DNA of 64,000 nucleotides from an uncultured delta proteobacterium. GTDB lineage: Bacteria; Desulfobacterota; Binatia; Binatales; Binataceae. The position numbers and the translations under genes are program-made. The stretch is from positions 1,632,001-1,696,000 of the forward strand of contig CAVRVY010000004.1 of the NCBI GenBank assembly GCA_963724765.1, written 5' to 3'. The notes beneath the pieces were generated by a model. That model was not told the origin of the DNA, ran no database searches, and worked only from the letters and a program-made list of their open reading frames with translations. Every line of letters begins with the position of its first letter. Within the stretch, counting starts at the first letter, position 1. Below, piece after piece: positions 10,343-20,606 of this stretch.

Positions 10343-11074
10343 TTACGCTTTCTTGGTGGCCTGCATCGCGATAAACGCCGCCCCGAAGGTCGTGACACCG
10401 CCCAAGAGTGGGTCGAGTGGCTTCATTGCGCGTGCGGCCAGATGGCAGTACGGGTAATAGACCGACCCACGGAGCCGATCTACGTGGAAGCCGGCGACGA
10501 TCGCGGCCGTGCGCAGTTCGTGCGCGGTCGTGAAACGCGCGTGTCTCCAGAATTCGTTGCCCAACCAAGCCCGAATCCGTCGGGAAGCCGCCCACGTGCT
10601 CCATCTACCCAGCCCGCCTATGACAAGGCGGCCGCCGGGTTTGAGTACGCGGGCCATTTCCTCCACAGCACGGGATCTCTGTTCCACAAAGCAAAGAACC
10701 GTTACCGCCGTCACCACATCAAAGCTTCGATCGCGGAACGGAAGATGCTCGGCGCGGCTGAGTAAATAGCTCATTCCATCCCGCTCCGCTATTGTCCGCG
10801 CGGTCGCCTTCGCGATCATGTCCGGGTCAGGGTCGCAGCCAACGACGAATGATGCACCCCTGCGGTGGAATTCGGCCGCCAGCGCCCCGTCCCCGCAACC
10901 GACATCCAACACGGACTTGCCGAATAGAGACCCGGCCAGATCCAGAACCAGTTCATGTTCCAGTGACTCGGTGATAGCGCCGAGTGTGGACGCACGCCAC
11001 TCGGCATAGATGTCGGGACCAACTTCGCCAGCTCTATTCGAGGTACGCGTTTTGGCCAAGGCGTCTGCTGCCAC
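10343..11074 (-). CDS. Class I SAM-dependent methyltransferase
   Basis: LDVGCGDG, LPFRDRSFDVV, RVLKPGG. Confidence 0.9.
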   Translation of the reverse strand: MAADALAKTRTSNRAGEVGPDIYAEWRASTLGAITESLEHELVLDLAGSLFGKSVLDVGCGDGALAAEFHRRGASFVVGCDPDPDMIAKATARTIAERDGMSYLLSRAEHLPFRDRSFDVVTAVTVLCFVEQRSRAVEEMARVLKPGGRLVIGGLGRWSTWAASRRIRAWLGNEFWRHARFTTAHELRTAAIVAGFHVDRLRGSVYYPYCHLAARAMKPLDPLLGGVTTFGAAFIAMQATKKA

Positions 11075-11081
11075 TGAGGGA

Positions 11082-11331
11082 TCAGCTCGAGACCGGGCAG
11101 GCGTTGGAAATCGTAATGGTCATGACCACTTGGCCAGTAGTTGCAGCCTTGGCGAACGCCTCGGCTAGTGCGGCGAACATGATGCCGCTTGCCCCTGTTA
11201 CAGTGGTGCTCATTGGCCCGACTTGCGGAGTCAGTCCATGTTCCTCAAGGGCACTACGCACGGACTCGACGGTCGGCCCGAGGTGCTCTTGCCGTTAGTG
11301 GATAGACACTGATTTGTGCGCTTGTTGTCAT
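11082..11331 (-). pseudogene. YkoF/MTH1187-like thiamine/HMP-binding small protein, one frameshift near 11296 (not in ORF track)
   Basis: Manual translation MTTSAQISVYPL/RQEHLGPTVESVRSALEEHGLTPQVGPMSTTVTG...VVMTITISNACPVSS*; GGAG RBS; removing one A (CTAACGG to CTACGG) restores the frame. Confidence 0.72.
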
Positions 11332-11461
11332 GTATTGGAGTCTCCTTGTCGGGTAGGCCCTCGCGCGGAAAATTGATTCGTGCCGCGAAGGCCCGGCGGA
11401 CGATGATTCTGAAGCATTATTTTTGCGCGTACCGGGCTCATCCCAGAGAGTCGGAAAGCCG

Positions 11462-12214
11462 TCATGATTTGGCCAGGCTCAGAAAGAACAGGCCGCCGGC
11501 GATGGCTACGATGACGGGGCCGGAAGGACGGTGCGTCAAAGCAGCTATCCAACTGCCCAAGAGCGTGGAGGCGAGCGCAGTTCCGATCGCAATCGCGAAC
11601 ATGCCGTCGATACTTCGGGCCAGACGCTTCGCAACTGTCGCGGGGATGATGATGAGCGAGCCCATGAGCAGCACCCCGAGATAACGCATTCCTAGCGCAA
11701 CAGTCACCGCAAAGGCGACCAGAAACGATAATTGCAGGCTCTTGACGCCGATGCCCGAAGCGATCGCGACCTCAGTCGAGACCAGCGATACGAGCAGGCG
11801 ATCTCGTGCCTGGAGAATAAACGCGATCACCGAAAGGGCGGCGCCCAGCGCGAATACCGTTTCCGCGGTCGTCATGCTGCCCGGCGCCCCGAACAAGGCG
11901 TCGATAAGTTCTTCGCCCGTGGCAGTGAGGCTGCCGATCGCAAGCGCAACGGAAAACACGACTCCCGTGATCGCTTCGGTCGACAGTTTTGTCTTGCCCT
12001 CGATTGCCCAAATCAGCACGCTGCCCGCCAGCAGCGCGACCAGCGCACCGATCAACGGGTTGAGTCTGAACATGAGAGCGAGACCGATTCCCGGCAAAGC
12101 GACGTGCGAGAAGGCATCGGCGGCCAGCGTCATCCTCCGCATCACCGCGAAGCAGCCCACCAGCCCGGCCGCAATCGCCATTGCGCCGCACACGATTAGC
12201 GCCTTAACGTCCAT
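11462..12214 (-). CDS. Metal (Zn/Mn) ABC transporter permease, ZnuB/MntB-like
   Basis: RRMTLAADAFSHVALPG, GVLLMGSLIIIPA. Confidence 0.92.
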   Translation of the reverse strand: MDVKALIVCGAMAIAAGLVGCFAVMRRMTLAADAFSHVALPGIGLALMFRLNPLIGALVALLAGSVLIWAIEGKTKLSTEAITGVVFSVALAIGSLTATGEELIDALFGAPGSMTTAETVFALGAALSVIAFILQARDRLLVSLVSTEVAIASGIGVKSLQLSFLVAFAVTVALGMRYLGVLLMGSLIIIPATVAKRLARSIDGMFAIAIGTALASTLLGSWIAALTHRPSGPVIVAIAGGLFFLSLAKS

Positions 12215-12959
12215 GGTCGTCGTGAAGGTGGAAACTGATGGGCCTACCGTAGATTTCCAATAACCGCTCGGGCGTGAGGACCACCTGCGGCGGCCCTAGA
12301 CAGCTGCGTTCTCGAGCGAGGCACAAAACGCTGGAGGCGTAACGGTACACGACGCTCAGGTCATGTGAGATGAGAAAGGTCGTAACACCCTCGTCTTGCT
12401 GGAGTCGGCGGATGGCTTCACTGAGCGCTTGTTGGCCGGGAGCATCAACGCCTGCGGCCGGCTCGTCGAGAAGAAGCACATTGGGCGTGCCGATCAAGGC
12501 AAACGCGACCAACAGGCGCTGAAACTGCCCTCCTGACATGCTTCCGATCGGTTGAACCAACATCTCTTCCCGCAGATCCACGCGCTCCAGGGCGTGAAGT
12601 GCGTCTTCCTTTCGCGCTCGCGCGATCGTCAGCTTGGCGCGCAGCAGGTCTCTTCCGGTTATCGGGAGATCCCGCTCGATATCGAGTTTCTGCGGCACGT
12701 AGCCGAACCGTGTTCCCGGAGCCCAGCGAATCGTTCCTTCGTACGCTATCGCGCCGATGAGCGCGCGGAACAGCACCGTTTTGCCGCAGCCGTTCGGACC
12801 AATGACCGCAAGAGAAGCCCCACGGGCGACGGTGAAACTGAGGTCCGCGAGGATCACCGTGTGGTCGAAACGGACGGTTAGGCGATTCACCTCGAGGACT
12901 GAATCGCCAAAGGCCGCCTCTTGGTCGGGCATCGGGAGCTCTGGAATCTCAGTCGGCAT
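12204..12959 (-). CDS. Metal ABC transporter ATP-binding protein, ZnuC-like
   Basis: Walker A GPNGCGKT, MSGGQFQR, LLLDEP, SHDL, His-rich C-terminus. Confidence 0.92.
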   Translation of the reverse strand: MPTEIPELPMPDQEAAFGDSVLEVNRLTVRFDHTVILADLSFTVARGASLAVIGPNGCGKTVLFRALIGAIAYEGTIRWAPGTRFGYVPQKLDIERDLPITGRDLLRAKLTIARARKEDALHALERVDLREEMLVQPIGSMSGGQFQRLLVAFALIGTPNVLLLDEPAAGVDAPGQQALSEAIRRLQQDEGVTTFLISHDLSVVYRYASSVLCLARERSCLGPPQVVLTPERLLEIYGRPISFHLHDDHGR

Positions 12960-13195
12960 CAAATTCAGTCCGACGATGGTAGCGGTTTCGCTTCCTTGAT
13001 CTTCATCGGCGAGTTACCGGATAGTTCCTGCATCCCGTGCCACTCCAGATGAGCGAACTCCGACTCCGCATGGGTTCCTCGCATGGAATTTAGGACCGCT
13101 CAATACTTGAACCCTGCTCTCCGCGTGCACAGACAGGAACCGACGATGGAGACTAATCTTCGATTCGTTGGAGTTCATGTCTACGCCGGGAAACT

Positions 13196-13943
13196 TTACC
13201 CATGCGCGACGGGTTCGAATTCGAGAAAGTCTTGATACGGGAGAAATTTGTGTTTGCGCACCATGTCGTACCCGGCTTTGCTGAATTGGTCTATCATTTG
13301 TTCGCGCGAAATTTTCATCCGCTTCGGGGGGCCCTCCCGGTGCGTCCTTCTTGAAATCGACTACTGCGATGCGGCCTCCGGGCTTGAGTGCCGGAGCAAG
13401 CTTGCGCAGATAGGCGACCCGGTCATCGACATGATGAAGTGTGTCGCAGAAAAAGATGACGTCGGCTGAGTTCGGAGAAAGTTCCGGGTCATCCGCCTTA
13501 ACCACCCGCGCATGATAGTTTTGAAGGCCGAGTTTCTTGGCGTCTGCCTTCATGTAGTCGACCATCCCCGGTTCGACATCGAGTCCGATAACGGCGCCTG
13601 AGGGGCCGACGGCCTTGGCGAACCTGCGCGTAAAATAGCCGGTCCCGGCGCCTATATCGATCACCGTCTGGCCGGGTTTCAGGTCGAGCGCCCGCACTAC
13701 CTCGTCGGGCTTTTGCCATTTGGCGCGATCCGCCGATTCAAATACGCCTGCCCAATGCGCCACATCGCCAAAGCCATGGTGCGCCGTGGGCGCGTGCTCC
13801 TGGGCCAGTGGGGCGTGCGCAAGCAGAAGGACCGCCATCAGCGTGATAACAAATGAAACGGACTTCGCCACTCGAACGGCGATAGATAGGCTGGGCCGTT
13901 TCGGCGGCAACGGACAGAGGTTGATCTTTATCTCGACTATCAT
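13196..13943 (-). CDS. Class I SAM methyltransferase with signal-peptide-like N-terminus; frameshift in G6 run at 13326-13331
   Basis: DIGAGTGYF, LKPGGRIAVVDFK; the shifted frame gives the family C-terminus PKRMKISREQ...AGY...FLPYQDFLEF and stops at 13196; start may be 13838. Confidence 0.8.
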
Positions 13944-14584
13944 GCGGCGCGCGCAACGAAAGAGTAGTGATATTTGAACATACGCTCACCGTCGATCCGC
14001 AAACCCATCTGCTCCATTCGCTCACGCGCTTCCGCGGCGCTATAAACATGGTCCCGCGGAGGACCTACCGGCCGTTCGACTCCTGCGTTCCAGTCAACTA
14101 CAAGCACGGTTCCGCTCGGCTTGAGCAGGCCAGCCATCGCACGTAGCGCCTCATCGCCAACCTCGTGCAGGACGTTGAGCGCGAGGACGCGATCGGCCGT
14201 TCCATTGAGCTTCGTGATTTCATCGGTGTGAACCGCGCGGAGATTTGAGAGCTTTCGTGCTGCAGGCTTCGCACGGAGCAGAGCGAGCATCTCCTGCTGT
14301 TCGTCAAGTGCAATCACCTCCAGGTCGGGCCGCGATCGTGCGAGCTCGATCGCGTAGGTCCCGGTGCCGGTGCCGAAATCCACGACACGGCCGCCGGCCG
14401 GCGCCGCCAGCATCTCGAAGACCTCTTCCGGCGGTAGGTGCCCGAAGCGCGACGGGTCGTCGAGCAGCGCCGCCCGAGCCGGGTCGAAGCGCTCGGGCTG
14501 ACGGGCGCCATGCCGATCGTCATCGCCATGTGCCCCGTGGTGATGTCCGGCGTGACGATGCGGGTCGTAACGGTTCTTTTCCAT
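13940..14584 (-). CDS. Class I SAM methyltransferase with His-rich N-terminus
   Basis: HRHAGHHHGAHGDDDRH leader; DFGTGTG, NVLHE, VDW...GPP. Confidence 0.85.
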   Translation of the reverse strand: MEKNRYDPHRHAGHHHGAHGDDDRHGARQPERFDPARAALLDDPSRFGHLPPEEVFEMLAAPAGGRVVDFGTGTGTYAIELARSRPDLEVIALDEQQEMLALLRAKPAARKLSNLRAVHTDEITKLNGTADRVLALNVLHEVGDEALRAMAGLLKPSGTVLVVDWNAGVERPVGPPRDHVYSAAEARERMEQMGLRIDGERMFKYHYSFVARAA

Positions 14585-14884
14585 GAGGAATCCTCCGCGC
14601 AGGATAATCGCAACTTGCCGTGGGCTGCTGATCAAAGATAGGGCCGCGCCGACTTCGACGGCAAGGGTTCTATTGAGATCTCTACCTTCTACTGGCATCT
14701 AGTTCCATGCGGGACCGATGCCCGTGGTTGCGTCGAGCAAGATCACACCTTCGCGAGCGCGAAGAGCCGGCACTCACCGGAAGCGGTGGGACACACTCTT
14801 AGTGAGCTTCCATGTTGCAGCGCGTGAGCGAAAAAGAGATTGATTAGACGAAAGGACCGCGCGCGCGAGCATAGTGACGTTGGT

Positions 14885-15559
14885 ATGAAACCCGAACCGG
14901 ATGACAAAGCCGCACCGCGGGAGACACGCTTTCTCGTATATAGCTCGCGACTGATACGGGGCCTTCTTACACTCGGATTTGTGAACGTCCTGCTGATTGT
15001 CGCCGCCGCGCGAATGGCCTATTTCCCGACGGATCTGTTCCTCGCTCGTGTCTTGCAGTCCCTGGCGTTTCTTCCTTTAAGCTGGGCTAGTTGGATAACG
15101 GCGACTGCTGATAAGCCGTGGTGCTTCGCCCTACTCGTTCTGGTCGTGGTGGCTGCATGGCTGCTCTGCGGATGGCGGGCGGCCTTGGTCGCCCTTCCGG
15201 TGTTTTTCGGGCTCTGGCTCTTCGGTATCTGGTTGAGTCCCCTGATTGCGCAACCCCGGCCCTCGCCTGAACTCATTCAGGTTGTTGGTCATCCAAAGGG
15301 ATACGCTTTTCCATCGATATTCGGCCTGGTCTATGTAGCGACGTTCGGATATCTCGGGCTATTGGTTGGAACGCAATGTCGCGGCACTTTGCGGGTTCTC
15401 ATCCCGCTGGTAGCGGTATCGGTTCTTCTGATTGGGGCGTGTGCGCGGATCGTTTTGGGCGCTCACTGGCCAAGCGACTTGTGGGTCGCCTATCTCATCG
15501 GCCTGTTATGGATCTCCGCGCTTCTCCCGTTCTCTCGGCGGGAATCTGGACAGAGGTGA
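14885..15559 (+). CDS. PAP2-family phosphatase (membrane)
   Basis: QPRP, YAFPS, RIVLGAHWPSD motifs; C2 motif is PSIF rather than PSGH. Confidence 0.8.
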   Translation: MKPEPDDKAAPRETRFLVYSSRLIRGLLTLGFVNVLLIVAAARMAYFPTDLFLARVLQSLAFLPLSWASWITATADKPWCFALLVLVVVAAWLLCGWRAALVALPVFFGLWLFGIWLSPLIAQPRPSPELIQVVGHPKGYAFPSIFGLVYVATFGYLGLLVGTQCRGTLRVLIPLVAVSVLLIGACARIVLGAHWPSDLWVAYLIGLLWISALLPFSRRESGQR

Positions 15560-15697
15560 TGAATGCGAGCCGCGCCTCGGCCGCTGTCAAGCGTCGAACC
15601 TCCGGAGTTTGGCTGCCGCCATGTTCAAGGTCCAAGCTTGGTCGAGGACGTTCGTTGTGCCGAAAGCAAAGGCTAGTCAATCCCTGGGGGTGTCTGA

Positions 15698-18045
15698 ATG
15701 GGCGATTCTGTCAGCCAGTCGCCTGTGACGACGCCGTCGCGTGGCCTGACTAGCGAGGAAGCTCGTTGGCGTCTTCTTGAGTCTGGCCCCAACGCCGTAA
15801 TCGAGCAGAAGTCACATCTGATCCTGGCGCTGCTCGGAAAGGTCTGGGCTCCGGTGCCGTGGATGCTCGAGGCGACGATTGTTCTCGAACTTGCCTTGGG
15901 CAAGTTCGTGGAGGGTATCGTCATTGCGGTGCTGCTGGTGTCCAATGCCTCGCTGGGTCTTTTCCAGGAAACCCGCGCGCGCAGCGCTGTGGAGCTGCTG
16001 CAGAAGCGGCTTGCTGTGCGGGCGAGGGTTCTGCGTGACGACGTATGGGCGTGATTTCAGCAGAGGAGCTCGTTCCGGGTGATTTCGTTCACTTGCAAAT
16101 GGGCGACTTAGTACCAGCCGACATTGGCATCCGCGAGGGAGAGGTCTTAATTGATCAATCAGCGCTTACCGGTGAGTCGGTACCGATCGAGGCAAATCAG
16201 GGCAAGACTGCTTACGCCGGCTCATTAGTTAAGCGTGGCGAGGCCAGCGGTGAGGTCACGGCTACTGGCCAGCGAACCTTTTTTGGAAAGACCGCCGAAC
16301 TGGTGCGTTCGGCCAAGACCGCCAGCCACCTGGAGAGCATCATCTTCGCCATCGTGAAGTACTTGGTGGCGATGGACACCGCGCTGGCGGTGGGAGTCTT
16401 CCTATACGCCGTGCTCGTGGGAATGCCTCTCGCCGAGACGCTTCCTTTCGTTCTGATTCTGCTCGTGGCTTCGGTTCCGGTCGCGCTGCCGGCCACCTTC
16501 ACGTTGGCAACCGCCCTGGGCGCGGTGGAATTGGCCAAGCGCGGCGTGCTGGTCACGCGTCTGTCGGCGATCGAGGAAGCGGCGGCGATGGACATGCTGT
16601 GTAGCGACAAGACCGGAACGATAACTCAGAATCGGCTGTCGCTGGCTGCGTTGCACCCCTACCCACCGTTCAGCGAGCAGGACCTGCTGCGGTTTGCGGC
16701 ATTTGCGAGCGACGAAGCAGGCCAAGACCCAATCGACCTCGCGGTTCTAGCTCGCGCGAAAGCCGAAGGCGCGCTCTCGACACCGGCTCAACGTGTCAAG
16801 TTCGTTCCGTTCGAGCCAGGAACCAAACTTGCCGAAGCAACGGTTGCTCAGAGCGGCAGGGAATTGCGCGCGCTGAAGGGCGCACCTCAGGCAGTCGCCG
16901 CCCGAGTCGGCCGCACTGCCGACATAGACATCGACGTCGAGCGACTCGCGGCGGGAGGTTACCGCGTCCTCGCCGTGGCGGGCGGACCCGAAGGCGCAAT
17001 CCGTCTGATTGGACTCCTCGCGCTTCAGGATTTGCCACGCGAGGACTCCAAGTCTTTGGTGACCAGCCTCAACAAAATGGGTGTCCGCGTCGCGATGGTT
17101 ACCGGAGACGGGCTCGTGACGGCTCGCGCAGTGGCTGCGCAAGTCGGTATCGCGGGTCGTGCCTGCTCGTCGCAGGATCTGCGCGAGAATATCGATCAAA
17201 CGCTCGATTGCGCAGTGTTCGCCGGTGTCTTCCCGGAAGACAAGTTTCGTCTAGTTCGGGCCTTGCAGCAGGCTGGGCATGTCGTTGGCATGACAGGAGA
17301 TGGCGTCAACGATGCTCCCGCTTTGAAACAGGCGGAAGTCGGAATCGCGGTCGCCAGCGCCACCGACGTGGCGAAGGCCTCTGCGAGCCTGGTTCTCACC
17401 AATCCCGGGCTCACCGACACGCTGGCCGCCGTCGAGACCAGCCGGCGAATCTATCAGCGCATGCTGACTTATACGCTGAACAAGATCATCAAGACCGTCG
17501 AGATCGGACTATTCCTCAGCATCGGTGTGATTCTTACGCGCGATTTCATCATCACGCCGCTGCTGATTGTAATGCTGTTATTCACCAACGATTTCGTGAC
17601 CATGTCGATTGCGACCGATCACGTATCCGCTTCACCAATGCCCGATCGCTGGCACATTCGAACATTGATTCTGACTGGAATGAGCCTCGGCAGTCTGATC
17701 CTGCTTCTGTCCTTCGGGCTGTTTTTCTATGGGCGCGATTTTCTTCGCCTGCCGCTTCCTCAGCTGCAGACGCTGGTCTTCGTGACGCTCGTGTTCACGG
17801 GTCAGGGGATGGTCTATCTCGTGCGCGAGCGCCGCCACCTTTGGGATTCTGCTCCGAGCCGATGGATGATTCTTAGTTCCATTGTGGATGTGAGCGTGGT
17901 CTGCTTCCTATCGACCCGTGGAATTCTGATGGCGCCTCTCCCGGATTCCCTGATCGGGTCAGTGATGTTGGCATGTGTCCTTTACCTGATCGCATTGGAC
18001 TTTCTGAAAGTCCCAATTTTGCGGCGTCTAACGTATACGTCGTAA
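15698..18045 (+). CDS. P3A-type plasma-membrane proton-efflux P-type ATPase; frameshift near 16048
   Basis: GLTSEEA..RL...GPN, WAPVPWMLE, TGES, VPVALP, CSDKTGT, TGDGVNDAPALK, TM6 FTNDF; one missing G (TGG GC vs TGG GGC) joins the two ORFs. Confidence 0.9.
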
Positions 18046-18119
18046 GGTCTATCCACAGCGCAAGCGCGTCCCGGGCGCTCACTCGAATTCGCTTGGTCGC
18101 ACTCGTTAAAGAGGACCAG

Positions 18120-18608
18120 ATGCCCCAGTTCAAGAGAATTCTCTGTCCGGTCGACTTCGACCCGAACTCACTCCAGGCGCTTCAGCTCGCGTCCGAGCTG
18201 GCGCAAGAACGCAATGCAACTCTCCATCTGCTCCACGTAGTTGCGATGCCTCCCGGACCGGAGGTGGCGCTACCCTTCGGTAAGATGGAGACCGCCGCGC
18301 GAAGCAGGCTTGAGCGGCACGCACGCCAGATAGTCAATGGCAACGCCAGCTACGAAGTCGAAGTCTTGATGGGCGATCCGGCGGTCGAGATTCTTCAAGC
18401 CGCGAAACGACTGCGCGCCAACCTGATCGTAATGGCGACGCACGGCCGAAAGGGATTCCGTCATCTCATTCTTGGAAGCGTGGCTGAACATGTCGTCCGG
18501 GAAGCGCCGTGCCCGGTGCTCACGGTCAAACCGAAAACGCCAGTGGCGAAATCATCAGCGAGCCGGCCAGTGAAAAAGCGGCCGGCTGGAACGAGTGGCT
18601 ATTCTTAA
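18120..18608 (+). CDS. Universal stress protein
   Basis: ILCPVDF, MATHGRKG...LGSVAEHVVREAPCPVLTV. Confidence 0.92.
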   Translation: MPQFKRILCPVDFDPNSLQALQLASELAQERNATLHLLHVVAMPPGPEVALPFGKMETAARSRLERHARQIVNGNASYEVEVLMGDPAVEILQAAKRLRANLIVMATHGRKGFRHLILGSVAEHVVREAPCPVLTVKPKTPVAKSSASRPVKKRPAGTSGYS

Positions 18609-18619
18609 AAGCTGCACGA

Positions 18620-19054
18620 TCAGCCAGACACGATTTCCGGCTCAAGGCGAACCGGCGTGGACAGAGAGGCCGAAATAAGGCACGCCTTCTCACTTTTCTC
18701 AAGGACGCGCAACGCCCTCGCGCGATCCGCGCCGGCCGGCAACGTCAGACGCGGATGTAGGACGATCTGAGTAAAACGCGTCGCTCCGTCTTTGCGGTCA
18801 ACCGTGCCTTCCCCTGAGATCTCCAATGAGGTGAACTCCAGCTTTGAAGCTTGCGCCACAGCTCTGAACGTGAAGAGCAAGCAAGTCTCGACGGCGGCCA
18901 TCAGAAATTGTTCGGGGCTCCATGCATCGCCCGGTCCGTCGAAGTCCGCCGGTGGAGCCGTGCGCAGTTCGACTACGCCAGCGGCTGCTACCTCGGCATA
19001 GCCTTCGGCCCCGCCGGTGAGTCGCGCCGTGTAGACATGGGGCAATGGCTTCAT
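18620..19054 (-). CDS. OsmC-family protein
   Basis: APPADFDGPGDAWSPEQF...TC and ACLISASL. Confidence 0.9.
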   Translation of the reverse strand: MKPLPHVYTARLTGGAEGYAEVAAAGVVELRTAPPADFDGPGDAWSPEQFLMAAVETCLLFTFRAVAQASKLEFTSLEISGEGTVDRKDGATRFTQIVLHPRLTLPAGADRARALRVLEKSEKACLISASLSTPVRLEPEIVSG

Positions 19055-19090
19055 CGCATTTTCCTCCAATGATCCGAGCACAGCACCCGA

Positions 19091-20128
19091 TTAGCCGATC
19101 CAGCCGAGCAGAATCGCGCCGAGCGTTGCGCTGCCCATCAGCACCCAGAGCAAAAATCCCTGAATCAACGGCCGGTGGCCGACCACCTGGAGAGCCTCGC
19201 GGCTCAGTCCCGAACCAATCAGAAACAGCGTAACGACCAATGAACGCTGTGCGCCGACGAACACGCCATGAGCTGAGGGCTTGAGCGCCGGAATCCAGGT
19301 GACGATCGCCGCGGCCGCGAGAAATCCCAGAATGAACCATGGCCGCTTGGCCTTGCCCGCACCCTTTGCGTCGCGTCCGCGGTTCCAGACCATCCCGATG
19401 ACCAGCGTAACCGGTACGATCCAGAGCGCTCGCGTCAGCTTGATAGTCGTGGCGATCTCCAACGCGCGAGCGCCATATTGCATCGCCGCCCCGACCACCG
19501 AGCTCGTATCGTGAATCGCGAGCGCGCTCCACACCCCGAACTGGACCTGGCCGAGGCCAAAGTGACGGCCCAGCGGCGGGAAAATGAACAGCGCAACCGC
19601 GTTGAGAAAAAACACCGTTGCGAGCGCCACCGAAACGTCATGATGCTTGGCGTGGATTGCCGGGGCGACCGCGGCGATCGCGCTTCCGCCGCAAATCGCG
19701 GTTCCTACCGTCACCAGCAGCGAGGTATCCCGCTCAGTGCGCAGCAACCAGCCCATCGTCAGACCGATGCTCATCGTCAGCGTGATCCCGATTACCGTAT
19801 AGAAGAAGCCGTACGCGCCCGCCCGGCCTACTTCAACGAGGTTCATACCGGCGCCGAGCCCGATCACTGAAAGTTGCAGCAGCGGTGTGATCACGCGCGC
19901 CGTGGTTAGCGGATACGGGTTGCCGACGGTCAGGGCCAGAGCTATCCCCGCCATCAAGGCGATCCCGGGCGAGACGAACGGCAGCAGCGATGCGCAAGCG
20001 ACGATCGGAAATGCGAGGCGCAGCGTCAGGCTCGCGGGATTCGCCGAACCGAACTCGTCGTGCCAGCTCATCGGGATCGCCGGTGTGTCAGCGGTCGTCG
20101 CGATCGATTCCTGGGAAGCAGGCGTCAT
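19091..20128 (-). CDS. yeiH: YeiH-family putative sulfate/sulfite exporter
   Basis: GTAICGGSAIAA, AIHDTSSVVGA, KLTRALWI motifs. Confidence 0.88.
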   Translation of the reverse strand: MTPASQESIATTADTPAIPMSWHDEFGSANPASLTLRLAFPIVACASLLPFVSPGIALMAGIALALTVGNPYPLTTARVITPLLQLSVIGLGAGMNLVEVGRAGAYGFFYTVIGITLTMSIGLTMGWLLRTERDTSLLVTVGTAICGGSAIAAVAPAIHAKHHDVSVALATVFFLNAVALFIFPPLGRHFGLGQVQFGVWSALAIHDTSSVVGAAMQYGARALEIATTIKLTRALWIVPVTLVIGMVWNRGRDAKGAGKAKRPWFILGFLAAAAIVTWIPALKPSAHGVFVGAQRSLVVTLFLIGSGLSREALQVVGHRPLIQGFLLWVLMGSATLGAILLGWIG

Positions 20129-20133
20129 AAAAG

Positions 20134-20517
20134 TCAACCTCGCGTCCGCGCCTTGAGCGCGCCAACCTGGGCTTCGAGGCGATCGTGGAGCCGCGAGCAA
20201 ATCATCTCGCAGAGTTCGAAAACCATCGCATCCGCAATCGAGTAATAAGCGCTGTTGCCTTGCGGCCGGCGTTTGAGCAACCCCGCGTCCTGCAGGACCT
20301 TCAGGTGCTTGCTGACGTTGGGCTGCGTCGTTCCGACACGCTCGGCGAGCGCTGAGACGCTCTGTTCGCCGTTTTCCAGCTGCTGCAAAATCCGCAGGCG
20401 CAGCGGCTCGCCCATTGCCCGAAAACGCGCCGCGACCAACTCGAGCGCTTCCCAGGTCAGCATCGGGCGCGGCCGCTTTGAACCACGCCGGACGTTGGCT
20501 TGAATGCTTGCGTCCAT
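20134..20517 (-). CDS. ArsR/SmtB-family regulator
   Basis: FRAMGEPLRLRIL...GEQSV..L...QPNVSKHLKVL...GL; C-terminal LCEMIC. Confidence 0.9.
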   Translation of the reverse strand: MDASIQANVRRGSKRPRPMLTWEALELVAARFRAMGEPLRLRILQQLENGEQSVSALAERVGTTQPNVSKHLKVLQDAGLLKRRPQGNSAYYSIADAMVFELCEMICSRLHDRLEAQVGALKARTRG

Positions 20518-20518
20518 T

Positions 20519-20545
20519 CCTATTTAGTTATATTCATATGCAGGT
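20519..20545. promoter_or_regulatory. AT-rich divergent promoter/operator between the ArsR gene and the persulfide dioxygenase operon
   Basis: CTATTTAGTTATATTCATATG in the 89-bp intergenic gap. Confidence 0.4.
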
Positions 20546-20606
20546 AGAGTCAAGCCGCAACCGCGACGCGGCTCGACCGAAGCGGAGCCGCGGGAGGAAT
20601 CAGATC

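Noticed and set aside
16040-16060. Programmed frameshift or split two-gene ATPase
   Set aside because: There is no slippery heptamer; a single missing G in a G-run fits the window-wide indel pattern.
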